Source: an uncultured delta proteobacterium | GTDB taxonomy: Bacteria; Desulfobacterota; Binatia; UBA9968 | Assembly: GCA_963727625.1 (NCBI GenBank) | Contig: CAVSHR010000004.1 | Location: 416,001 to 480,000 of the forward strand | DNA length: 64,000 nucleotides | Direction: 5' to 3' | In this document: piece by piece, positions 41,043 through 50,370 of the stretch | How positions within the stretch are numbered: the first letter of the stretch is position 1 | Layout: every line of letters begins with the position of its first letter | The notes under the pieces: model-generated | Told to the model about the DNA's origin: nothing | What the model saw: only the letters and a program-made list of their open reading frames with translations | Databases searched by the model: none | Translations under genes and position numbers: made by a program

Positions 41043-41765
41043 TCAACTCTGCGCCCTGTAGCGATAGAGCCGGCTGCGCCGGGTAGTTCCAAACAATTGG
41101 GCGAACAGAAATCCACGGAAGGTCATGAAATAAGTCAGACCCAGACCAACCAGAAAAGAATATAAGAAAAACTCCAAAAAACGCGGCAGACGAAATAGTA
41201 CGGGCTCGATAATATCAAGCAGGTAAAAACCGCCCACGGCCAAAAGTAGGTTTGGCAACAGCCACTCTAGCCAATTTTCAACGATAAAGTTATAGCTCGC
41301 GCCGATCAGCTCCAGCCCCGAAGTCCGGGTCTGATAGATAAGCTCAGGAACCGCGTTGAGCAGAACGTAGAGCACTAGCTTGATCAAGAAATAGATGAGT
41401 CCACCGTTGGGCACCGTGGCCAGGGCCGTGGCCGCGATCCGCATCGGTATCCAAAGGATGAACGCGATGCCGATCAATTCCCAGATATATACGGTAAAGC
41501 CGTTAAGAAAATCGTTCACGTCGGCCTTGTTGCTGTCGATCATGTTTTTGACGAGGAAAAGCCCGGAGCTCACGCAGGCCTGACTGGCAATCGAAAACAT
41601 CAGGCCGCCGATAATGCCGAAGGGAGCGACCAGCAAAGCGATAATTGTGAGCGCGATGCTATAGACCGCCGGAGCAAAGCTGACCACCCAGTTCCGACGT
41701 ACGCACTCCAACGATCGCTTGAACGCCATCGCGTACATCCAGAGCATGACTTGGAGAGTTTGCAT
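41043..41765 (-). CDS. Hypothetical integral membrane protein
   Basis: About 6 TM segments, NAVPELIY and ENWLEW motifs. Upstream of hisS. Confidence 0.75.
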   Translation of the reverse strand: MQTLQVMLWMYAMAFKRSLECVRRNWVVSFAPAVYSIALTIIALLVAPFGIIGGLMFSIASQACVSSGLFLVKNMIDSNKADVNDFLNGFTVYIWELIGIAFILWIPMRIAATALATVPNGGLIYFLIKLVLYVLLNAVPELIYQTRTSGLELIGASYNFIVENWLEWLLPNLLLAVGGFYLLDIIEPVLFRLPRFLEFFLYSFLVGLGLTYFMTFRGFLFAQLFGTTRRSRLYRYRAQS

Positions 41766-42135
41766 TTTCTACTTATAGCAAACCTAGTGCAGGGGTCCAG
41801 CTTCTACGCACAAAGGCTACGGACAAATAACCCGGCTCCGCCCCGATTCGCTAGCGCCTTCAAGGTCAAGCCGAATCAACGGGAGTTGGAGATGAAACAA
41901 TCTTTGAGCTCGCTCGCGCTATATCCGGTCGGCGTTCTATTCACTTATGCGAAATAGAAAGGTTGGCTCTTTGGCGCAGGGATTATAGACCGGCGCCGCT
42001 AAGCCGCCTCATCGATCTACGAAATCTAGCGGCCGCGGCAATACCGTAGCGTGCGCCGGGCCGAAGGATTGAATCATCAAATGTTTTTAAGCTCGCACGC
42101 GGGATGACCGGCTCACCGGCTGTTTAGAGCCGAAG

Positions 42136-42423
42136 TCAGCAGGAATAAATGTGAACTTCATTTTCTTCGATGCGCCGGCCGCGCGTGATCAGCCTGACAA
42201 TGCTGCACACGTTGCGGCTGACGTCGTTGATGTTGGCGGCTGGAAAGCCGTCGTTGATGTAGCGGCCGATAAATTTCTCCTCGCGCAGGTTGACGATCTG
42301 CAAGTATTCGTTGCTGCTCCCCTCGAAATAATGTTTAGTCCCGGGTGCCGGACTGTCCAAGTCATCTTGCAGTGACTTGGTAATTTTAATGCCGATAAAG
42401 AAACGCTTGCTTGGCTCCTCCAT
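42136..42423 (-). CDS. Hypothetical protein (95 aa)
   Basis: AAGGAG RBS and protein-like composition. Confidence 0.7.
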   Translation of the reverse strand: MEEPSKRFFIGIKITKSLQDDLDSPAPGTKHYFEGSSNEYLQIVNLREEKFIGRYINDGFPAANINDVSRNVCSIVRLITRGRRIEENEVHIYSC

Positions 42424-42647
42424 GGTTCACTCCTTAACTGCGATAAATATCATAGCGTTTGTGAAACAACCACAGTCCGCGAAGAAAGCATGCGCCGACC
42501 GACCAACAATACGCGCTCAGATTAGGGTATTGCTGAAACAAGCTCGATCACCACAATCGCAAACGCACTCGCAGGTCGCATCCAAATCAAACCAATCCAC
42601 AAGCGACAATTGCGCTGCAATGATTACGCAGGGCGATACGGAGTGGT

Positions 42648-43007
42648 TTAACGCGACGCGCCGGCCGCAGCTGCGGTACTGCTTCTGTAGAAGCGAATTT
42701 GCACCCTTTCAACCGTCGCCATACCGTCGGCGATCGCACCATCGACCAACGGTAAGAATGCGTCGATTTTGTCGACGCTGTCGACGATTTCAACGATAAT
42801 CGGCAGGTCCGTCGAAAGCTCGAGGATTTTTGCCGTGCGCACCCGGCTGCGCGCACCGAAGCCCTCGACCCCGCGCAGCACCGTAGCGCCCGCCAGGCCG
42901 TGTTCCCGGGCCGTGCGGACGAGCCATTCATAGAGCAACATTCCGGCATGGCGGTCGCTTTCTCCGATATACAGGCGCAGCAGCGCGCCTTCGCTAGGCA
43001 ATGTCAT
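42648..43007 (-). CDS. DUF190 (PII-like) protein
   Basis: LLRLYIGE, GLAGATVLRGVEGFG, LSTDLPIIVEIVD. Downstream of crcB. Confidence 0.92.
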   Translation of the reverse strand: MTLPSEGALLRLYIGESDRHAGMLLYEWLVRTAREHGLAGATVLRGVEGFGARSRVRTAKILELSTDLPIIVEIVDSVDKIDAFLPLVDGAIADGMATVERVQIRFYRSSTAAAAGASR

Positions 43008-43009
43008 GG

Positions 43010-43393
43010 TCAACCTCCTAACGCATGGGACAAAATACTGCCGACCCACACCGCTCCCAAACCAAGCGCCAACTGCAAGCCGATATTGGCGAGAGCGGCG
43101 ATACTCTGGGTATCCCGCGCCAGCGCGAAAGTTTCCAGAGCAAACGATGAAAAGGTGGTGAAGCCTCCGAGGAATCCGACGAAAATGCACAGACGAATCT
43201 CCGGAGTAAATGCCGCCCGAGCCTCGGCCATGCCCGCCAAAAAGCCGATCGAAAGACAACCAAAGGAGTTGACCACCAGCGTGCCATAGGGAAACCATGG
43301 ACTATCGAGAACCTTATACGTCCAACTGCTTAGCCCGTAACGGAGCACACCGCCGACAAAACTCCCCAGCCCAACTAAGATGATTTCAAACAT
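43010..43393 (-). CDS. crcB: Fluoride channel Fluc/CrcB
   Basis: GGVLRY, FPYGTLVVN, GFLGGFTTFSSF. Confidence 0.97.
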   Translation of the reverse strand: MFEIILVGLGSFVGGVLRYGLSSWTYKVLDSPWFPYGTLVVNSFGCLSIGFLAGMAEARAAFTPEIRLCIFVGFLGGFTTFSSFALETFALARDTQSIAALANIGLQLALGLGAVWVGSILSHALGG

Positions 43394-43413
43394 TCCGAAA
43401 CCTCACCCAAACC

Positions 43414-43456
43414 AAAAGGAAAGACCCCCTACTTCAATTTTCGCAAAGTAGGCGTC
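43414..43456 (-). terminator. Intrinsic terminator (riboswitch expression platform)
   Basis: Minus strand GACGCCTACTT-loop-AAGTAGGGGGTC followed by TTTCCTTTT. The 5' arm is the 3' end of the aptamer. Confidence 0.75.
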
Positions 43457-43503
43457 ATCAACTCGCTCTCGCGAATGATTTACCCGGCGAACCTCATCGC
43501 CAT
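43447..43503 (-). ncRNA. Fluoride riboswitch (crcB motif)
   Basis: Minus strand GGCGATGAGGTTCGCC...TAAA...TTGATGACGCCTAC matches the consensus, directly upstream of crcB. Confidence 0.93.
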
Positions 43504-43515
43504 AAAGATTTGCGC

Positions 43516-43545
43516 ATTATCGATACAAAGCCGAAAACAAGTCAA
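43516..43545 (-). promoter_or_regulatory. Sigma70-type promoter for riboswitch-crcB
   Basis: Minus strand TTGACT-N18-GATAAT just upstream of the aptamer. Confidence 0.55.
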
Positions 43546-43836
43546 ACTAACCGCGCACCGCACGGCGGATTTTCCCTTTGGGTCGCATCGGAAAGCGGCT
43601 GTGCGGCTTAAATCGAAGCCGGCACATACGGGTCATCACCGTAAATACTCCGCTGCGCCCGCCTTCGAGCAAGCACCCACATCGCATCAATCTGCATTGT
43701 CGTAAGGACGGCAATTTTTCCCAGCTAGCACTGGACATCCGCTATCCAAAGGGATTACGATAACATTTAGTGTCAGTGCGGCTTCGCTCCTCACCCCGGA
43801 ACTCGAAGGTTTTTCCAATCTACTCGAGGCAGGGTT

Positions 43837-44574
43837 ATGAATATGAATTTTCCGAAATTAAATTGCTTGATAGCCCTCTGTTCATTCGCATTGCTATTGG
43901 CCGGCGCGCCCCTTGTTTTGGCGCAGCCGGTCGGCAAAGTGGCCGAGGAAGTGATCAACCAGGCGGCGACCGACGGGTCGGTGTTGGTCCTGGTGGGATT
44001 GAAGGTTCCATGGCAAATGGAATCGACCCTCAGCGAAGACCAGGTTCGCCGCCAGCGCGAAGCCATCGCCTCTATCCAAAAAGATCTTCTATCGGAGCTT
44101 GACGGCAAGTCCTATAAGATCATGCGCCGCTACGATAGCATCCCGGGCATCGCTTTAGAGGTCGGCGCCGACGCCTTGGCGGAACTGGCCAGTTCGCCAA
44201 ATGTCACCAATGTGCTGCTGGACCGTCCCGCCGTCGGCGCGGAAGAATCGTCGGCATCGGACAAGGTCCCAACACAACTGTTCAAGAGCGCGGCCAGCAA
44301 TGGCACCGTGCTCGTGCTCGCTGGATTGAAGACTCCGTGGCAACGTGAAGACCAGCTGAGCGACGAGCTCATCGCGCTTCAGAGAAAAGCGATCTTGAGC
44401 GCGCAAAGCTATGTCCTCGCCGAATTGAGCGGCACGCAATTTAGAGTCCTGCGCCTCTATCGGAGCATACCCGGCATCGCTCTGCGGGTCGGCGTGGATG
44501 CGCTGCGCGTGCTGCAAGACTCCCCCGCGGTAACCAACGTTCTCCCGGACCGCCCGGCCGGCGTGACACGCTGA
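43837..44574 (+). CDS. Secreted protein with two tandem subtilase-prodomain (inhibitor I9-like) repeats
   Basis: Signal peptide and two ~95 aa repeats (G.VLVL.GLK.PWQ.E..LS...QR.AI...Y.SIPGIAL.VG.DAL..L..SP.VTNVL.DRPA). Confidence 0.7.
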   Translation: MNMNFPKLNCLIALCSFALLLAGAPLVLAQPVGKVAEEVINQAATDGSVLVLVGLKVPWQMESTLSEDQVRRQREAIASIQKDLLSELDGKSYKIMRRYDSIPGIALEVGADALAELASSPNVTNVLLDRPAVGAEESSASDKVPTQLFKSAASNGTVLVLAGLKTPWQREDQLSDELIALQRKAILSAQSYVLAELSGTQFRVLRLYRSIPGIALRVGVDALRVLQDSPAVTNVLPDRPAGVTR

Positions 44575-44837
44575 AGCTTAACAATATTCCCTGAGCACCA
44601 AGCGCGCACCGGACAAGGATTCCGACGCAATTCAATCGATGGCGGAATTTCTCGCTCGGTGATACCCAACCCGCGGGTTGACCGACTTTGTTCGAAGCAT
44701 ATCGCTTCTCCGTTCTGCGCCAGCGAGCTTCTATCAATTGAATTCCAGCCATGAGTCCCGATTAAATCGCTTCACGCCACACGAGTCTTGCTGCGTAGCC
44801 CTGTGTGTTCTGGGGGCGCAGTTTCTTCATTTTTGTG

Positions 44838-44866
44838 TTGACCCAAGTTCTAAATCTCTCTACGCT
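44838..44866 (+). promoter_or_regulatory. Sigma70-type promoter
   Basis: TTGACC-N17-TACGCT upstream of a GGAGG RBS and ATG 44913. Confidence 0.55.
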
Positions 44867-44912
44867 AACGGAGACTCACCGTCAATTCACTTACCTGGAA
44901 GGAGGAACAGAC

Positions 44913-46427
44913 ATGGATACAACCCTAGATCAAATCAGCCAAGTCATAGCGACCTATGTACCGAACCTACTCGGCGCATTGGCAATTTTGGTTGTGGGAT
45001 GGCTGGTCGCGCGGGTGGTTGCCGCACTCATCCGCGGCGGTCTGCGCCGCACGAGCTTCGACAACCGAATCGCGGCGTGGATCTTCCGCGACAAACCGCA
45101 GGAAGCGCTGCCTGTGGAAAGCTGGATTACCAAGGCGGTTTTTTACGTATTAATGATTTTCGTCTTGATCGGTTTCTTTCAGGCGCTGGGTTTAACATTG
45201 CCCACGGAGCCGTTGAATCGACTGCTCACCGACGTCTTTCGCTTCGTGCCGCAGATTCTCGCGGCCAGCTTGCTCTTGCTGATCGCATGGATCTTGGCCC
45301 GGGTACTGCGGGCGATCGTCGCCGGCGTCTTGACTGCGGCGAAGATCGATGAGCGCTTGACGGCGCGCGTAGGCGGCGATGGAGAAATGGGCGTGTCCCT
45401 GACCCAGACTTTTGCCGACACCGTTTATTGGCTGGTGTTTCTGTTGTTTCTGCCCGCGGTTTTGAACGCGCTCGCTTTGCAAGGGTTGCTGCTGCCGATT
45501 CAGGGGATGCTCACGAAGATTTTGGAATATCTTCCGAACCTCTTTAGCGCGGGACTCATTCTCGCAATCGGCTGGCTGCTCGCGCGCATTATCCAGGGCA
45601 TCACGACGAATCTCTTGGCCTCCATCGGCGTCGATCGGATCAGCGAGCGAGCCGGCCTTCGCGCGGTCATGGGACAACAGCGCCTGTCCTCGGTCATCGG
45701 CCTGGTTCTTTATGTCGTAATTCTCATTCCGGTGCTGATCGCCGCCCTGGATGCATTGGCGCTTCAGGCGATCACCCAGCCGGCGAGCAATATGTTGAAC
45801 TCGATTCTGGCCGCCTTGCCGGCGCTCTTCGCCGCCAGTTTGATCCTGATCATCGCCTATATCGTCGGACGGATTGTCGGCGGCTTAACCACAAACCTAT
45901 TGACCGGCATTGGCTTCGATGCCGTGTTAAGCAATCTCGGTTTGCGCGCGCAACCCGCCCAGGGAGAGCGCACGCCTTCGCAAGTCGCCGGCAACTTGGT
46001 TCTAGTGGCGATTATGCTCTTTGCCACCATCGAAGCCGTTCGTGAATTGGGCTTTGTTGTATTAGCCGACCTAGTCGCCCGATTCACCGTGTTCGCCGGT
46101 GAAATTGCCCTCGGACTGGTCATCTTCGCCATCGGCCTTTATCTCGCTAACCTCGCTTCGCGCACGATTCTCACCGGCAGCGCCGCGCAATCGTGGCTCT
46201 TGGCGCTCGCCGCGCGCGTCTCGATCATCGTTCTGGCCGGCGCCATGGCGCTGCGGCAGATGGGGCTGGCGAGTGACATCATCAATCTGGCCTTCGGCTT
46301 GTTGCTCGGTTCGATCGCGGTTGCCGTCGCCCTTGCGTTCGGACTGGGCGCGCGCGATATCGCCGGGCGAGAGCTTTCCGAGTGGATTCAATCCTTGCGC
46401 TCGCGCGGCAGCGGGCCGCGCAGTTGA
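44913..46427 (+). CDS. TM-helix-repeat membrane protein (CmpX/MscS-associated repeats)
   Basis: Repeated P....A.LIL..GW..AR modules. C-terminal AVALAFGLG. No MscS beta domain seen. Confidence 0.82.
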   Translation: MDTTLDQISQVIATYVPNLLGALAILVVGWLVARVVAALIRGGLRRTSFDNRIAAWIFRDKPQEALPVESWITKAVFYVLMIFVLIGFFQALGLTLPTEPLNRLLTDVFRFVPQILAASLLLLIAWILARVLRAIVAGVLTAAKIDERLTARVGGDGEMGVSLTQTFADTVYWLVFLLFLPAVLNALALQGLLLPIQGMLTKILEYLPNLFSAGLILAIGWLLARIIQGITTNLLASIGVDRISERAGLRAVMGQQRLSSVIGLVLYVVILIPVLIAALDALALQAITQPASNMLNSILAALPALFAASLILIIAYIVGRIVGGLTTNLLTGIGFDAVLSNLGLRAQPAQGERTPSQVAGNLVLVAIMLFATIEAVRELGFVVLADLVARFTVFAGEIALGLVIFAIGLYLANLASRTILTGSAAQSWLLALAARVSIIVLAGAMALRQMGLASDIINLAFGLLLGSIAVAVALAFGLGARDIAGRELSEWIQSLRSRGSGPRS

Positions 46428-46704
46428 GCCGGAAAAAGCGCCGATTCGCGCTTGAGTTCGAAGAGTCTGCCGAGCTCTCCTTCAGCTTCAATGAAGGAGA
46501 ACTCGGCAACTCGCAGTTACGTCGTGAGGCTCAAGGTGCGCCCTGCCCCCAGTGGTAGAGCCACCCAGTACAACCAACCGGAGCCCTGCCCGTCCTTTTT
46601 GACAAATTTCGCCACGCGGTTTGCCGCTACCGCAAGAGCTGAATATACTGCGGCAAACCGGCTCAATGAATTGCGCACAAAGCGGGCGAAGGGACCTTAA
46701 CAGA

Positions 46705-47721
46705 ATGTTAAAATGCAGTTTGCAGATGAGCGCGCTCTTGCTGCTGCTTTTCTGGCGTGTAGATATCGCACCGGCCCAGGCCACAATGGCAGCCGTTACG
46801 AAGAAAGGCTTCATCCAATGCGGCGTGAACACCGGCTTGGCCGGTTTCTCGCAACCGGACAGCAAGGGCGAGTGGCACGGCATCGACGTCGATTTCTGTC
46901 GGGCGATCGCCGCAGCCCTATTCGGCGATATTAAAAAAGTTCGTTACACACCTCTCACAGCGCAGCAACGCTTCACCGCGCTCCAGTCAGGCGAGATCGA
47001 CGTTCTTGCGCGCAATACGACCTGGACGATCAGCCGGGACACCGGCCTCGGTCTCAATTTCGTGGGCGTCAATTACTACGACGGCCAGGGCTTCATGGTT
47101 GCAAAGAAACGCAACGTGAAAAGCGCCACACAACTCAACGGCGCCGCGGTATGCGTCCAGCCGGGCACGACGACGGAGCTCAATCTGGCCGATTACTTCC
47201 GCGCCAAAAAAATGAAATTCAAACCGGTGGTGATCGAGAAGATGGAAGAAGTGCTCAATGCCTACTTCGCCGGGCGCTGTGACGTTTACACCACCGACAT
47301 CTCCGGCTTGATCGCGGCGCGAGCGTCGCGCGCAGCGAATCCTACCGAACACGTGATTTTGCCTGAAGTGATTTCGAAAGAACCGCTCGGTCCGGCGGTG
47401 CGCCAAGGCGACGATCAATGGTTCGACATCGTCAAGTGGTCGCTTTTCGCGATGATCGATGGCGAAGAACTTGGGCTCACTTCCAAAACGATCGGTCGGC
47501 AGATGAAGAGCGCCAATCCCGTCATTCAACGTTTCGTCGGCGCTTCCGGGGACTTCGGCAAGATGCTCGGCGTGAATAAGCACTGGGCGTACAATATCAT
47601 CAAACAAGTCGGCAATTACGGCGAGAGCTTCACACGCAACCTCACTCCCCTTGGCGTCGATCGCGGGAGCAACAAACTCTGGAAAGACGGCGGCCTGATG
47701 TATGCGCCGCCGCTCCGTTAA
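46705..47721 (+). CDS. aapJ: General L-amino acid ABC transporter substrate-binding protein (AapJ/BztA)
   Basis: CGVNTGLAGFS, RFTALQSGEID, SKEPLGP, GNYGE, YAPP. Confidence 0.9.
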   Translation: MLKCSLQMSALLLLLFWRVDIAPAQATMAAVTKKGFIQCGVNTGLAGFSQPDSKGEWHGIDVDFCRAIAAALFGDIKKVRYTPLTAQQRFTALQSGEIDVLARNTTWTISRDTGLGLNFVGVNYYDGQGFMVAKKRNVKSATQLNGAAVCVQPGTTTELNLADYFRAKKMKFKPVVIEKMEEVLNAYFAGRCDVYTTDISGLIAARASRAANPTEHVILPEVISKEPLGPAVRQGDDQWFDIVKWSLFAMIDGEELGLTSKTIGRQMKSANPVIQRFVGASGDFGKMLGVNKHWAYNIIKQVGNYGESFTRNLTPLGVDRGSNKLWKDGGLMYAPPLR

Positions 47722-47759
47722 CACGCCCGCGACAACGCAGGTTCATCGTATTTACATAA

Positions 47760-48905
47760 ATGACCCCGCGACTCGTAACATCCGTAAATCCGGCCCTTCG
47801 CGCGATCTTGTTTCAAGGCTTGCTGGCTGTGGCGGTGATCCTGGCCGCTTGGTATTTTATCGGGATCGCGGCACAAAACCTGTTGGATCTAGGCGTGGCC
47901 AGCGGCTTTGGATTTTTGTCGCGCGAAGCCGGCTTCGCCATCGGCGAAACCACGCTGCTCTCTTATAGCGCCGCGGACACCTACCTGCGCGCGATCATCG
48001 TCGGCATTCTAAATACCTTTAGAGTCGCCACCCTGGCGGTCCTTTGCGCGACTCTGATCGGTGTGTTGATCGGTGTGGCGCGTTTATCGTCCAACTGGCT
48101 TCTGGCAAAGCTCGCGGCAGCGTACGTCGAACTGCTACGCAACGTGCCGCTGGTCGTGCAATTGTTTTTTTGGTACGCGGTGATTACCGAGAGCCTGCCC
48201 GGTCCGGCCGACGCGCTCAACCCGTTGCCGAGCATTTTTCTCAGCAATCGCGGCTTGGTCTTTCCTTACGTCAAGCTGGCTTCGCTTCACTGGTGGTTCC
48301 TCGGTATCTGCGGCGCTTGGATCGTGGTTACACTCGCGTACCTACGACAGCAGCGCCGGTTAAACTTCAAAATCGTCGCGGTTGCATTGAGCCTCGTGGT
48401 GCTAGGCGGTTTCGTCGTCGCGAGCTTTATTCCGATTCAGATCGAATCTCCAAACTTTGCCGGATTCAATTTTTCCGGCGGCGCCGCCCTATCCCCGGAA
48501 TTCACCGCGCTGTTTCTCGGTCTGGCGCTCTACACTGCGGCGTTTATCGCGGAGATCGTCCGCGCCGGAGTCCTCGCCGTGGAAGACGGTCAACTCGAAG
48601 CGGCCTATGCTCTCGGCCTCAGCCGGCGCCAAGTCATGCGCTTCATTGTTGCGCCGCAAGCGCTGCGCGTCATCGTGCCGCCACTGACCAGTCAATATCT
48701 AAACTGCACGAAGAATAGCTCCCTGGCGGTCGCGATCGGTTACCCAGATTTAGTATCGATCGCCAACACAACGATCAATCAAACCGGCCAAGCCATCGAA
48801 GGCATCGCGATCATCATGCTGGTCTATCTCACGATCAGCCTTGGCATTTCCGCATTGATGGACTTCTACAATCGGCGCATCGCGCTCAGAGGGTATGGGC
48901 GGTGA
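47760..48905 (+). CDS. aapQ: Amino acid ABC permease (AapQ/BztB)
   Basis: SGFGFL, RNVPL, AEIVRAG, KNSSLAVAIGYPDL. Confidence 0.9.
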   Translation: MTPRLVTSVNPALRAILFQGLLAVAVILAAWYFIGIAAQNLLDLGVASGFGFLSREAGFAIGETTLLSYSAADTYLRAIIVGILNTFRVATLAVLCATLIGVLIGVARLSSNWLLAKLAAAYVELLRNVPLVVQLFFWYAVITESLPGPADALNPLPSIFLSNRGLVFPYVKLASLHWWFLGICGAWIVVTLAYLRQQRRLNFKIVAVALSLVVLGGFVVASFIPIQIESPNFAGFNFSGGAALSPEFTALFLGLALYTAAFIAEIVRAGVLAVEDGQLEAAYALGLSRRQVMRFIVAPQALRVIVPPLTSQYLNCTKNSSLAVAIGYPDLVSIANTTINQTGQAIEGIAIIMLVYLTISLGISALMDFYNRRIALRGYGR

Positions 48906-50008
48906 TGGGCGGTATGGATCGAACGATTGGCCCGATCAAAAGGGCGTATCGATGGCTACGCATTCGCCTGTTTGCCGGCTGGCCGAGCTCATTGGCCACT
49001 CTTACTGTCTTATACATCGCCTGCAAGCTCGTCCCGCCGTTTATCGATTGGGCGGTCGTGAGCGCGGTGTGGTCACCGGTCAAGCCAGAACTCTGTCGCC
49101 TGGCCGATGTTCACGGCGCCTGCTGGGGCTTCGTGGCCGACAAATACCGCTTTATTCTGTTCGGCACTTTTCCCGCCGCGGAGCAATGGCGGCCAGCGTT
49201 GACGATCGCAACCCTGCTCGCGCTCTACGGCTTCAGCGCCACGCCGCTCGTGCGTGGCCGAAGGCTTATGGTGCTCTGGGTGATTGGCCTTGGGGTTATC
49301 GGCGCGCTCATGTGGGGTGGTATTTTCAGTTTGCCCTATGTCGAAAACGAACGCTGGGGCGGGCTCACTTTGACGCTGCTGATCGCTACCATCGGCATCG
49401 GCGCCGCCTTGCCCCTATCGATCCTGCTCGCTTTGGGGCGCCGGTCTAACTTGCCGCTGGTGCGCTGGCTATGCGTGATTTATATCGAGTTGATTCGCGG
49501 CGTGCCGCTGATTTCAGTTTTGTTCATGGCTTCGGTCATGCTGCCGTTATTTCTGCCGGCGGGAGTTTCCATCGACAAACTCCTGCGCACCCAGCTCGCG
49601 ATGATTTTGTTTGCGGCAGCCTATCTGGCCGAAGTGGTGCGTGGCGGCCTGCAAGCGATCCCGCGCCAACAGGAAGAAGCCGCCCAGGCGCTCGGCCTCA
49701 ATTATTGGCAGTGCACGCGTCATGTCATCCTGCCGCAGGCTCTGCGGATCGCGATCCCGCCCCTGGTCAATACCTTTATCGGTTTTTTCAAAGACACCTC
49801 CCTGGTCGTGATCATCGGCCTGTTCGATTTCTTGACCACGATCAAAGTTTCCCTGGCGGAGCCCGCCTGGGCCGGCTTCGGCAGGGAAGCCTACCTGTTC
49901 GCCGCCATCGGTTACTTTATCTTCTGTTACCCCATGTCGCGCTTCAGCCAGGCCCTCGAACGCCCGCTGGCGCCAGGACGGAGAACTCTTATTTTACGGG
50001 AAAATTAA
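48902..50008 (+). CDS. aapM: Amino acid ABC permease (AapM/BztC)
   Basis: GACW, WGGL.LT, RGVPLI, AEVVRGGLQA, FKDTSL. Confidence 0.9.
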   Translation: MMGGMDRTIGPIKRAYRWLRIRLFAGWPSSLATLTVLYIACKLVPPFIDWAVVSAVWSPVKPELCRLADVHGACWGFVADKYRFILFGTFPAAEQWRPALTIATLLALYGFSATPLVRGRRLMVLWVIGLGVIGALMWGGIFSLPYVENERWGGLTLTLLIATIGIGAALPLSILLALGRRSNLPLVRWLCVIYIELIRGVPLISVLFMASVMLPLFLPAGVSIDKLLRTQLAMILFAAAYLAEVVRGGLQAIPRQQEEAAQALGLNYWQCTRHVILPQALRIAIPPLVNTFIGFFKDTSLVVIIGLFDFLTTIKVSLAEPAWAGFGREAYLFAAIGYFIFCYPMSRFSQALERPLAPGRRTLILREN

Positions 50009-50035
50009 GACGAAGCCTCTGCAGCCCTCACGCGA

Positions 50036-50370
50036 CTATTTGGCTCGATACAAGGCGAAAATCTGATGGTAGAGATCGGTGAGCTCCTGAGTCCTGGGTG
50101 ACTTCGCCATCGGCGTGACGGAGATAAAACCCTTTCGCAACAACTCCTGAATCCATGGCAAGCGCTTGATGCCCCTGCTTACGGCGATGCGCCCGGTCAA
50201 ATCGGACATCTTGCTCTGCCCTTCCTGCGAAATCAGCCAATCGTAAAATAGCATCGCCGCGTGTGGATGGGATGCGTGCTGCATCAGCGCGAGCAGGTCG
50301 GGGTCACGCGCATAGAGGTCGAAGAGACGAAAGTCGATGGCCGGACCCTTGAACTTGAACTCCGCGACGC
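50036..50370 (-). pseudogene. C-terminal fragment of an ABC solute-binding protein (Fe/thiamine-like family)
   Basis: Frame reads VAEFKFKG..IDF...ALMQHASHPHAAMLFYDWLISQEGQ. No N-terminus or signal peptide. Confidence 0.7.

Noticed and set aside
41770-42135. Possible tmRNA, 6S, SRP or T-box RNA near hisS-aspS
   Set aside because: No tRNA-like ends, SRP loop or T-box sequence seen.
42424-42647. Recurring TGAAACA heptamers
   Set aside because: Too short and irregularly spaced to distinguish from chance.
43008-43298. N-terminal extension of DUF190 suggesting a CrcB fusion
   Set aside because: Different frame from crcB. The true start is ATG 43007 with an AGGAGG RBS.
10749-47724. Numerous long antisense ORFs (e.g. 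18079-18783, 40378-41061, 46987-47724)
   Set aside because: They mirror well-supported housekeeping genes and are explained by codon bias.
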